A stretch of DNA of 64,000 nt from Carpediemonas membranifera BICM (taxonomy: Eukaryota > Protista > Fornicata). The notes under the pieces were generated by a model, which made no database searches, was not told where the DNA came from, and was given only the letters and a program-made list of their open reading frames with translations. Shown here piece by piece: positions 30,206 to 39,769 of this stretch. The DNA lies in contig JAHDYR010000006.1 in assembly GCA_019828565.1 (NCBI GenBank), forward strand, positions 62,001 to 126,000, in the 5' to 3' direction. The stretch's first letter is position 1. Each line of letters opens with the position of its first letter. A program made the translations under genes and the position numbers.

Positions 30206-32428
30206 ATGACAAACCCTGAAGACGAACCCATGAGAACAAGCGCAGGTAAGGCAGGAGCAAGACGACTGAAAGCCCCGAACGCAGGAAAGACACCCCAAGA
30301 GCTTTGGTCTCGTGTAGAGACAGCTCTTCGCTCTGTCCTTCGTCTTGCCCACTCCGATTTGAAGTTTGAGGAGAACTACAGCCTCATCTACCAGCTGACA
30401 CAGCTCAAGCAGTATGAGATTATGTGCAATGGCTTTGACACCGTTGTTGGCGAGCACATCAGCTCAGTTTTCCTCCCTCGCATCAAGGAGGCCCTGAACG
30501 ACGAGTCCGACGACGACATTCTCACGGTCGTTGCCGACTGCTGGTCCACACATGAACAGTCCATGGCTGTTGCCCAGAACCTCTTCTTCTTCGCCGACCG
30601 CCAGCTTGCACAGACACGGAAGTCTACCACGATGACTCGAGGGATGTCTCTCTTCGCCAGCACCGTCCTTGATGAACCCACGACACAGGCACTGAATGAG
30701 CTGTTCAAGGCAAACCTCGACGCTATGCGGCAGGGCTCTGCTGTCTCGAGTGCGGCCATGCGAACCATCACTCATATGTACGCCGTCCTTGCAGAGAAGG
30801 CTCGGCCCCAGCTGGCAAAGGATGTACACCAGCTCATCATTGCCAATGTGTCCGCCGCACATGCCGCCCTGGCTGCCGATCAGTACGGGTTGAACACACC
30901 TATTGAGAAGATTTTGTCATTGACAAATGATTCTGTGGTCGCCGAGTCAGCCCTGCTTGCCGGACTTGCCGTCAACCAGGAGACCATCACCCAGGCCGCC
31001 CAGGCTGTCAAGGGGGCCTGGCTCTTCTCCCACAGAGAGACGCTTCTCGGAGACGACGGCTGCGTCCGCCTGGTCGAGTCGAGCGACGTCTCCGCCTTAT
31101 GCAAGTTCGCAGAGCTAACCGCGACAGACGCGGAGACCACCGCAGCGTTCGAGCAGCTCATCTCCGCCCGCATAGTGTCTACTGGCATGGGTGTGCTCCA
31201 CTCGGAACGGAGGCTTGACCCAATTTGGGTCGTCACAGAGCTGGTCGAATTACTCAAAAAGTACGAAACCCTCTGTGCCGCTATTAGCGAGGGTGTCGTT
31301 GCCACGAGGCTCCGTGCCCGCATGTACCGGTCGTTCCAGACTGTTGTGGATGCCACACCCTCGGTTAAGATCAACTTTAACGAGTACCTTGCCTTGTTCC
31401 TGGACTCTGTGGTGAAACTGAAGGAGGATTGTACCGATCGGGTGAATGCAGCCCTTGATTTGCTTCGATTCCCCACGGATAAGGCTGCTTTCCTAAAACT
31501 GCACGCCCAACTCCTTGCCCGCCGTCTGTTGGGTGGGCGGTACACCAACACAGACGCAGAGAAGCTGGCGGTATCACGACTCCGCAAAGAGTGTGGTCTG
31601 GCCGCCGTCGAGTCGTACTACACGATGGCACGGGACATCTCCGCCTCGCAGGCAATCGCAAGCAAGTGGAGGGAAACTAGCGCCGTCCAGGACGCTCTGC
31701 AGTTCGATACCCGCGTCCTGACGAAGGCTGCATGGCCAAAGACGGTCGTCTCCACTGAAACGGCGCTAGGTTGCCTCCCTGACGACGTGGCGGCCATGAT
31801 GGGCGGTTTCAAGATTTGGTTTGAGAAGACGCACGAGCATAGGACAGTGGACTTCAGCCTCGTCGCTGGGACCGCCGCAGTCGAAGTGCAGTTTAAGCCC
31901 GGTGAGAGCGTGCAGCTCGTGCTCTCGACCGGTATGTATCTTGTAGTGGATCTGTTCAATTCCAGAGATTCGATTGAGTTTTCCGATATCTGCGACTCAC
32001 TCCACCCGTTCCCAGAATTCGAGGTCCGCACTGCTCTGCTTTCCCTCACAAATCCCGACATTGGCGGGGTTCTCATCCAAAGCCCAGCTGGAGACATCAC
32101 CAAGCACACCAAATTCACCCTGAACACGGAGTTTACCTCCAAATCTAAGCGGGTTCGCATCCCTGTTGTGTCACCTGAGGGCGTGGCGAAGTCTTCTTCT
32201 GTTGAACACCAAGCCCTAATCAAACAGGATAATTTGATCGATTCTGTGATTGTACGCGTCATGAAGAAGTACCGGACACAATCATACCATGATCTCGTTG
32301 AAACAGTGCAGGCCGAGCTCGGCGAGAGGTGTGACCCCACGGTCACCGCTATCAAGGCGAGGGTGGAAGGGCTCATTGAGTTTGAGTACATCAGACGGGA
32401 GGGCGATGATCTCGTGTATGTCCCATGA
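30206..32428 (+). CDS. Cullin (divergent)
   Basis: KFEENY..IY; EYLALFLD; DKAAF...LARRLL; VLT..AWP; C-terminal neddylation domain IDSVIVRVMK...IKARVEGLIEFEYIRR. Confidence 0.92.
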   Translation: MTNPEDEPMRTSAGKAGARRLKAPNAGKTPQELWSRVETALRSVLRLAHSDLKFEENYSLIYQLTQLKQYEIMCNGFDTVVGEHISSVFLPRIKEALNDESDDDILTVVADCWSTHEQSMAVAQNLFFFADRQLAQTRKSTTMTRGMSLFASTVLDEPTTQALNELFKANLDAMRQGSAVSSAAMRTITHMYAVLAEKARPQLAKDVHQLIIANVSAAHAALAADQYGLNTPIEKILSLTNDSVVAESALLAGLAVNQETITQAAQAVKGAWLFSHRETLLGDDGCVRLVESSDVSALCKFAELTATDAETTAAFEQLISARIVSTGMGVLHSERRLDPIWVVTELVELLKKYETLCAAISEGVVATRLRARMYRSFQTVVDATPSVKINFNEYLALFLDSVVKLKEDCTDRVNAALDLLRFPTDKAAFLKLHAQLLARRLLGGRYTNTDAEKLAVSRLRKECGLAAVESYYTMARDISASQAIASKWRETSAVQDALQFDTRVLTKAAWPKTVVSTETALGCLPDDVAAMMGGFKIWFEKTHEHRTVDFSLVAGTAAVEVQFKPGESVQLVLSTGMYLVVDLFNSRDSIEFSDICDSLHPFPEFEVRTALLSLTNPDIGGVLIQSPAGDITKHTKFTLNTEFTSKSKRVRIPVVSPEGVAKSSSVEHQALIKQDNLIDSVIVRVMKKYRTQSYHDLVETVQAELGERCDPTVTAIKARVEGLIEFEYIRREGDDLVYVP

Positions 32429-32555
32429 TTAGGGCGGGCCAGAATGAAGTAAATGCTGGAGTCGTGCAGGTTTGACTGAACTCTTAGATTACGAGGTAGA
32501 TTTCGAAAACACGATATATTTACTGTTATACCGAGTATATACATGTATCCACAGC

Positions 32556-33005
32556 TTACTGGGACCGGGCTTCACGGCGGGCCTTCTCCTTGTCGAATTC
32601 CTGGCGGGCGGCGAGGACAGCCTCACGCTGCGCCTTGAGCTCCTGCTCGGTGTTAGTGATCTTCTCTTGAACAGAGTCGCTGTGTGAGACGATTGGGTGG
32701 GTTGGAAACGAACAGAGAAGTCTCGATGCGCTCGATACGGCTGTTGACGTCGCTGCGGGCCTCCTCCACGGAAGTAGTCGCGAGGACAGAGCCAGTGCGC
32801 TTGTAGATGGTAGAATCCTCACCCATCTTCGCGAGCTCGTTCTTCACAAGCTTGTTCTCGTTGAACTGAGCGATAAGGGTCTCGCGATCAGTGGCGAGCT
32901 TCGTGAAACCTTTGTAAGAGTTAGCTAAAAGAAAATCGTACATTGCTCGATGTTTTGGAGCTTCTCATGTGCTTTTTGGAACCTCTCACCTGACGCAGAG
33001 CTCAT
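32556..33005 (-). CDS. PFDN6: Prefoldin subunit 6 (introns 32910-32941 and 32680-32713)
   Basis: QFNENKLVKNEL...IYKRTGSVL...EEARSDVNSRIERIE; two short GT-AG introns restore a continuous frame. Confidence 0.85.
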
Positions 33006-33358
33006 GCTTACGCTTTGACGCTTCCTAAAGTGGCAAAAGTGCGAAAATGTTTGTCAGTTCTCGGATGTGTGAGCAGAGAGATATTGGCCACCTCAGGCTG
33101 ATGTTGTAGTAGTCAGTGGACAAATAGTCGCGGCTTGAGTAGTCTGGCGTGGTCGACCAGGCGGGGTGATGAATAACATTGACTGAATAATTGACTGGAA
33201 TTGTCTGACGCTAATGGAGCTAATATGCCTTATTATCATCACAGCCGACTCTTCCGCCGTGTCCCATGTCACGAAACGCTTCTTGCTGGGCGGCCTATGA
33301 ACATCCGTCCCATCGGCCATACCCGTGGGTCACAGAGCAAGAAACATGAACGCGTCAT

Positions 33359-34006
33359 TTAAGCAGTAAGCTCGCCGCAGTCGCTGATAACGACGGGCTT
33401 GGAGGTCACGCCAGAGCCAGAGCCGACCTTCTCGACGCGCTTGACGACGTCCATGCCGTCAATGACCTTGCCGAACACGACGTGCTTGCCGTCGAGCCAG
33501 GGGCAGGCGACGGTGGTGATGAAGAACTGGGAGCCGTTGGTGTTGGGGCCGGCGTTGGCCATGGAGAGGACACCAACAGTGTTCTTGAGCTTGAAGTTCT
33601 CGTCACGGAACTTCTCACCGTAGATGGACTCACCGCCGGTGCCGTTGCCGCGGGTGCTGTGTTAGAGATCGCGGTTGTGAGTCAGGGAGTACAAACAAGT
33701 CACCGCCCTGGAGCATGAACTCAGGGATAACACGGTGGAAGGAGCTGCCCTTATAGTGGAGGGGCTTGCCGGACTTGCCAACACCCTTCTCACCAGTGCA
33801 GAGGCAGCGGAAGTTCTCGGCAGTCTTAGGAACTACGTCGGCGAAAAGCTCGAAGGTGATGCGGCCGGCAGCCTGGCCGCCGATAGTAACTGAATAATGA
33901 CAATGGGAAAGGACAAACCGTCTACGTAAGAAATAGCTACTGTAGCTCTACAATCTGTTGAGCTACACTAACGGCACGAACCAAAGAACACAGTGGGGTT
34001 AACCAT
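33359..34006 (-). CDS. Cyclophilin PPIase (introns 33922-33981, 33890-33918, 33657-33696; 3-nt exon 33919-33921)
   Basis: Spliced product [14 protein letters not shown]...[16 protein letters not shown]...[28 protein letters not shown]...[15 protein letters not shown]...[10 protein letters not shown]. Confidence 0.95.
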
Positions 34007-34210
34007 GTCGAAAGCGAAGATGGTTGATTGTCAACTTTTTTCATGCAACAAAAAAATCTGATCGACCAGGCGCACTTCATGCACCCTGGGACCGAAATCC
34101 ATTGGAATCAGACGCGGTTAGCCCTGCCATGTCTTTCAAGCAGGCAATAATACTTCCGCGTCATTCATTTCAATCCGTCACTCAACGCGTTTTAAGAGAC
34201 AATCCGGTGC

Positions 34211-34849
34211 TCACATAAAATCGTACTCGTCAACGCCGTCAAACTCGTCGATGGCGCGAGAGGGTCCGCGGCCGCTGATGTTGACGCTGACACGGCCCTT
34301 GGTGTTCTTGGGCTTGGGCTTCGACTTGCCCTTGCGGCGGGACTTCTTCTTGGCATCCACGGTCTCGTTGTGGATGACGGAGCAGATGTCGACCATCTCC
34401 TTCGTGTCATCGGTGTCAGTGGTGTCGGCAAACACTCCGCGGAGGATGCGCTTCATCATGGGGATGAAGAGAAGCTCGTTGTCGCGGGTGTTGTAGTTGC
34501 GGAGCTTCGCGGAGATGAGGTCAGCAAGCTTGTCGAACTCAGCGCCGGTCTTGGGGTCCATCTCTTCGAAGGGAATGCCACTGATGTCGGCACCGTCACG
34601 GTCGTCAATGCCGTCGAGGAGGTCTTTGGCCTGCTCCATGGCACCAAGCTCAATGCGGCGAATCTCAGCAGCCCTGACATCATCCTCATCGAGGTCATCT
34701 TCTGCCAGTTCACCATCAAACTGCTCACGGGCACGTTCAGGCTTTTTCGGCTCAGGCTTTTTGGTAGCCACAGGCTTCTTGGTCTCGATTTCTCCAAGGA
34801 AATCGTCCTCGTCAAAGGATTCGTTCTCCCAATCCTCCAGATCAGACAT
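34211..34849 (-). CDS. eIF3j: Translation initiation factor eIF3 subunit J
   Basis: Acidic DWE N-terminus; AKDLL; P.T..EF..LA..IS.KL; basic KKK..K.KPK patch; DEYDFM C-terminus. Confidence 0.8.
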   Translation of the reverse strand: MSDLEDWENESFDEDDFLGEIETKKPVATKKPEPKKPERAREQFDGELAEDDLDEDDVRAAEIRRIELGAMEQAKDLLDGIDDRDGADISGIPFEEMDPKTGAEFDKLADLISAKLRNYNTRDNELLFIPMMKRILRGVFADTTDTDDTKEMVDICSVIHNETVDAKKKSRRKGKSKPKPKNTKGRVSVNISGRGPSRAIDEFDGVDEYDFM

Positions 34850-35002
34850 CACTGCACTGTGTCAATCAAATGATTACTCAGCCAGTCGACACGACAAAGA
34901 CGAAGTTTCGCCTTGTCGTTGGAGGCCAAGACTATTAGATGCCAGGTTCAGTGCTCCGAGACAGCGATTTCGCACAACGCGCGACTGATCAGTATTAACA
35001 CA

Positions 35003-36694
35003 AAATTTCGCCCCCACGCAACGCGCACACCGCGACACTGTTCAGCAACACTCGCCGCTGCGTCGTGGCGGCCTGCGTCGCCTGTGGCTTAACCTGCGCG
35101 CTGTTTTCACCACCATGTACACCCCGGGTTCTAGCCTGTACTCGCCGTCGCTGCGCACCCCGGGATCTAGATCGCCGCAAATTCCGCGCAGCCCGTCATT
35201 GCAAAGCGCCATGCCGCTGCACACGTCGTCGCTCGGCCGTCTTCTGATCTCCATGAAGTCCCCGAAGCTCGGCGACAGCTACAACGACTTCGTCCAGCAA
35301 GTGAACTCCTCGAAGCTGGAGGCACAGACCGCCAAGCAGGAGAAGGACCTCGCATCGATCGAGGTCGAGGAGCTCAAGCGCCAGCTCGAGGCAGCCCGCA
35401 AGGAGGTCGCCGAGGTCACGCGGCGCGCGGAGCACGCGGAGGGCAAGTACGAGGAACTGCAGAACGCCCTCAGCAACGACCCATCTGTCGAAGTGGCGCT
35501 GCAGAAGATGACCGATCGCGTTGTCAAGGCGCAGGACGAGACGACCGCGCACAAGGCAAAAATCACCGAGTTGCGCACGCGCATCGAGGAGGTGCGGCGC
35601 GAGGACCGCACAGAGGAGCTGCTCGCGAAGGTGCGGGCCCTCGAGGAGGAGCTCGAGCAGCGCCCCAGCGAGGACGAGGTGCACACGATGCAGAGCCAGA
35701 TCAACGACCTCACGATCGAGCTGAGCGGCCGCCCCGAGCTGTCCGAGCTGACGGACGTCCAGCGCGAGCTCGACATGCAGACGCGCGAGGCCGACGCCGC
35801 GCACACCGCGTTGCGGGAGGCGCAGGCGCGCATTACCGCGCGGGCTGGGGAGACGGAGAACCTCGCGGCGAAGTGCACCGCGTTCGCGAAGGAGAACAAG
35901 GACCTGACGCGCGCCGTCGACAGCCTGACGAAGGAGAACGAGAGCCTGAAGTCGCACTGCGCGGTGCTCGAGAAGCGCGTCGAGGAGCTCGCCAAGACGC
36001 TCGACACGGTGGAGTACAACAGCGGGCGCGACATCCGCGAGCTCAAGGCGATGATCAAGGACGCAGACGCGGACCACGCGCGCACCGTCGCCGACCTGAA
36101 CGCCGCCGTCGAGGCCGAGCAGAAGGCGACGACCGTGCAGATCACAGCGCTGCTGGACAGCTTCTACGACGCGCTGGAGCTGAGCTCCGAGCCGATGGCC
36201 CAGGACATCATCAGGACTCTTAACATGCTCGTCCGGACGGGGACGCGCCCCTGCGCGGGCTAAAGGCCAAGGAGTAAATGTAACACTACACGGTTTAGCT
36301 AGTTGTACAACGCCGTCTCCCGCACGCGCAGCCGCTGGATCGTCGCCGTCTTGAGCCGCCCCATCTGGTGCAGCGCCACGTTGATCAGCTCGTCGGCGTC
36401 GAACGTCTGCCGCGGCCGCCCGTGCAGCAGCGCGCAGATCTCCTCGAGGTCGCCCGCGCCCAGGATGTCGTCGTGGTGCACCTTAAGGATGCCCATCGCG
36501 ATGCGGAAGATGATCTTGCTGTGCTCCGAGAAGAGGAGGTCCCACACCCGCAGGCTCGACTCGGTGGGCAGCGACTTGACGAAGAGGCACATGAACCACT
36601 CCATGCAGACCAGAGACCACTCAACCTCGTGCTTCTTAAAGTGCCGCGCCAGCTTCGGGAGGTGGATCTCGCACAGTTGGCCGAGGACCGCTAC
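35003..36694 (+). repeat. Left arm of a 1.7-kb inverted duplication
   Basis: Reverse complement of 47051-48740 apart from a few substitutions and a 2-bp indel near 36245. Confidence 0.97.
35115..36263 (+). CDS. Coiled-coil protein with SP/TP-rich N-terminus (copy 1, altered C-terminus)
   Basis: 382-aa ORF with a long heptad pattern; ends RTGTRPCAG versus RTGTPLRGLKAKE in copy 2. Confidence 0.75.
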   Translation: MYTPGSSLYSPSLRTPGSRSPQIPRSPSLQSAMPLHTSSLGRLLISMKSPKLGDSYNDFVQQVNSSKLEAQTAKQEKDLASIEVEELKRQLEAARKEVAEVTRRAEHAEGKYEELQNALSNDPSVEVALQKMTDRVVKAQDETTAHKAKITELRTRIEEVRREDRTEELLAKVRALEEELEQRPSEDEVHTMQSQINDLTIELSGRPELSELTDVQRELDMQTREADAAHTALREAQARITARAGETENLAAKCTAFAKENKDLTRAVDSLTKENESLKSHCAVLEKRVEELAKTLDTVEYNSGRDIRELKAMIKDADADHARTVADLNAAVEAEQKATTVQITALLDSFYDALELSSEPMAQDIIRTLNMLVRTGTRPCAG

Positions 36695-37453
36695 GTCGAT
36701 CCGCACGTGCTTAAGGTCAGATGAGTAGTAGTTTGGCAGCATGCGGTCTATAAGGGCACTTATGAGCCAAAACGTCTTGTTCTCGCGGTCTTCCTCAGAG
36801 GCGAGAATCACAAGGATGAATGCCGTGGGATATGAGAGGCCCTGGCAGTAGCCCATGAACTGGTGGCGCACAGCAAGAGCATGCAACACCCGACGGACTT
36901 CACTTCGTGACTCGGGCGAAACGTCACGGTGGTTTGAAAACGTGCGGGCAAGGTCCAGCTCGATGGCCGAGGCCACCTCTGGGTCGAGCTCGGACTGAGT
37001 GAGCTTGACGTAGTACTTGTCGCCTTCGTCCAACCGATCGTCGACCATGGCGAGGTGCGGCCAGAGAATGGGGCGGTACTGCGCTGGAATACCACCGCGG
37101 ATCAGACGCTTGTAACGCTTGTGGCCACGGATGCTTGCTGGAAAGCATGCTAGAAGCTTCTTACGAGTCTCGGGGTCGTCGAGCAAGGCGGGAACTTCTT
37201 TCGGACTTATATGCCAGCCAGTCTTTGCTGCCCAGTGAACAAAGTATTTGTCCCATTTCAAAGCATGCGCATCTTGCCTCTCGCGGTATCTATGCAACCA
37301 GAACTCTTTCCCAAAGAGATAAGGAGCAACAAAGCCGTATTCGTCATATACGACTGGTGCTACGCTCTCATTCTCACTAGCATCGTCCTCCTGGATACGT
37401 ATAGGAGGGATTCCCTCTTCTGTATTCGCTTCAGACGCATCAGCCATATTCAT
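36299..37453 (-). CDS. TBC-domain Rab GTPase-activating protein
   Basis: IRGGIP..YRPILW, IELDLARTF (Arg finger), GYCQG (Gln finger), WFMCLF, LRVWD. Confidence 0.93.
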   Translation of the reverse strand: MNMADASEANTEEGIPPIRIQEDDASENESVAPVVYDEYGFVAPYLFGKEFWLHRYRERQDAHALKWDKYFVHWAAKTGWHISPKEVPALLDDPETRKKLLACFPASIRGHKRYKRLIRGGIPAQYRPILWPHLAMVDDRLDEGDKYYVKLTQSELDPEVASAIELDLARTFSNHRDVSPESRSEVRRVLHALAVRHQFMGYCQGLSYPTAFILVILASEEDRENKTFWLISALIDRMLPNYYSSDLKHVRIDVAVLGQLCEIHLPKLARHFKKHEVEWSLVCMEWFMCLFVKSLPTESSLRVWDLLFSEHSKIIFRIAMGILKVHHDDILGAGDLEEICALLHGRPRQTFDADELINVALHQMGRLKTATIQRLRVRETALYN

Positions 37454-37670
37454 CTTCTGACGTCGTCGCTTGAGATCGCCGATCGACCCGACCGGAGTCA
37501 CGGTCAGCGATGGTCAAACCATCACGTAACATGGTAGGAATCGCTTGACTGGTGACTGTGATGCGCCATCCAGCCGACTTTGCTCAGACGATGGAACTGT
37601 ATTGCTCAACCGTCCAACTGGTCATGACACCGATAGGCATTCAACATGCCGCATAGCTCGCTAATAAACT

Positions 37671-39090
37671 TTACTTCAAATAATGGGCATCCAGTACGTC
37701 GTCGCCGCATCTGGTGAGGAGCTCGCGCGGGAATATAGCCAGGATGCGCCATGCGAGGTCGAGACTCTCATCAAGCGTCCTCTTGACATTGCCCTGGTTA
37801 ACGAACTCAGCCTCGAACCTTGTGAAGAACTCGAGGTACAGCTTATCCTCGTCAGACAACGCCTCCTCACCGACAACGGCCTTCATCTCCTTCACAGACT
37901 CACCCATAGCGTAGCAGGCATAGAGCTGGTTTGCAACGTCCGAATGATCGGCACGTGTCATACCCTCGCCGATAGCACTCTTCATGAGTCTGGAGAGGGA
38001 GGGGAACACGTCCACGGGCGGATAGTACTGCAGGGAGTCGAGACGGCGGCCGAGAGTGATCTGGCCCTCTGTGATGTAGCCGGTGAGGTCAGGAACGGGA
38101 GCAGTGATGTCGTCGTTGGGCATGGTCAGTATGGGGATCTGGGTGACGGTGCCCTTGCACCCGACCGCCCGGCCTGCCCGCTCAAAGATCGTCGCGAGAT
38201 CGGTATACATGTAGCCTGGGTACCCGTGTCTTCCGGGGACCTCCTCGCGTGCAGCAGAGATCTCCCTGAGTGCCGCGGCGTACGATGACATGTCTGTGAG
38301 GATGACGAGCACGTGCATGCCACACTCATAGGCAAGATACTCCGCAGTCGTCAGCGCGATGCGGGGGGTGATGATACGCTCGATAGTGGGGTCGTTGGCG
38401 AGGTTCAGGAAGAGTACCGTCCGGCTCATCGAGTTGTTCGACTCGAAGTCGTTACGGAAGAAACGGGCCGTCTCGGTGTTGACACCCATGGCGGCAAAGA
38501 CGACGGCGAACTCGGATTCTTCGTCGTTGACCAGGCCGGCCTGACGCACGATCTGGGCGGCGAGCTCGTCGTGCGGGAGGCCGGAGCCGGAGAAAATGGG
38601 GATCTTCTGCCCTCTGGCGATGGAGTTCATCACATCAATAGTGGAGATACCGGTCTGGATCATCTCCTTGGGGTAGACACGCATGCAGGGGTTGAGGGGC
38701 TGCCCGTTGATGTCGAGGAACTTCTCGGGGAGCACATCTGGTCCACCGTCAATGGGCTTGCCGCTGCCATCGAAGATTCGGCCAAGCATGTCGCGGGAAA
38801 CAGGGGTGTGGAGCGTCTTGCCGGTGAACGTGACAGCAGTGTCCTTCGCGTTAATCCCGGAGGTCCCCTCGAACACCTGGACGACAGCCTTGTTGCCATG
38901 AATCTCAAGAACCTGACCAGTACGGGACTGGCCTTGTCCCATGTCAATCTTCACGATTTCGTTGTATTTCGGAGCCTACGTCACGGATTGAAGAAACAAA
39001 ACAAACTTTGACCATCTCAGCAGCGATAAGCGGGCCATTAACACTCGATACAGTCTTGTATGTGATTTGCGGTTCGGTTTTGGTGGGCAT
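37671..39090 (-). CDS. VMA2: V-type ATPase subunit B (31-nt intron 38976-39006)
   Basis: [73 protein letters not shown]. Confidence 0.97.
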
Positions 39091-39189
39091 CGCTCAGTTC
39101 GGGCTTCACGAGCGCTGTGGCGTAAAAAAGTTTTCCTGCGTGAGAAAAAATGACCTTAAAATGCATAGTCCCCATCCCACTTCTTCTCT

Positions 39190-39312
39190 TACCTTTTTGT
39201 ACTTGTCAAAGTACATGTCGAAGTGGTCTGTGCGGAGTCGGTGGGCATAGTCGATGTGAACGTTGTCGCCCATTCTCTCGAACGTGCAAATTGTTGCAGA
39301 CATAAACTGCAC
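39190..39312 (-). pseudogene. CFAP299 (DUF4464)-like gene fragment
   Basis: HIDYAHRLRTDHFDMYFDKYKKV resembles the CFAP299 motif YIDYAHRLKTEDF..YF..KKRL; flanking frames contain stops. Confidence 0.5.
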
Positions 39313-39769
39313 AATGAAGAACTGAAGTCTGCTATAGACGATTGAGAGTTACTTTACTGCTTGCACTGTGCACTCTATGATACTTCATTACTCCCGCTCT
39401 CCCTTCCTTCTTCTTGAGAGTGATATTTCGATAGTCTGTCATCATCGTCGGGGGTCATCAATCAGTGCTTCTCCAGTCCTCTCGCCAAGCAACTAGCTTC
39501 CCACCTATCGTCTACCCCATCTTACTTCCATCCGCTCTCTTCTGCTTGTCGGATTTCGGGGTCTTGATCATGACGTCTTTGCAATCATCACCATGGCACC
39601 TTCCATCGCACAGCGGGCTCTTCTATGCCGCTGCCTGAAGATAAAACACTTCAGTTCTTCTAATTCTCGCCATTATCAATGCATAGTCTCGTTCATTAAA
39701 CGTCTGTCGTCTTTGATGTGTGTTGTTAACAAGTGATCGGTTCATTCACCGCAAAACGCAGAGCTTCAC

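Noticed and set aside
33093-33320. 75-aa ORF with a KKRFVTW (PP1-docking RVxF-like) motif between cyclophilin and prefoldin
   Set aside because: Short motif, atypical codon usage and no other family features; not supportable without expression data.
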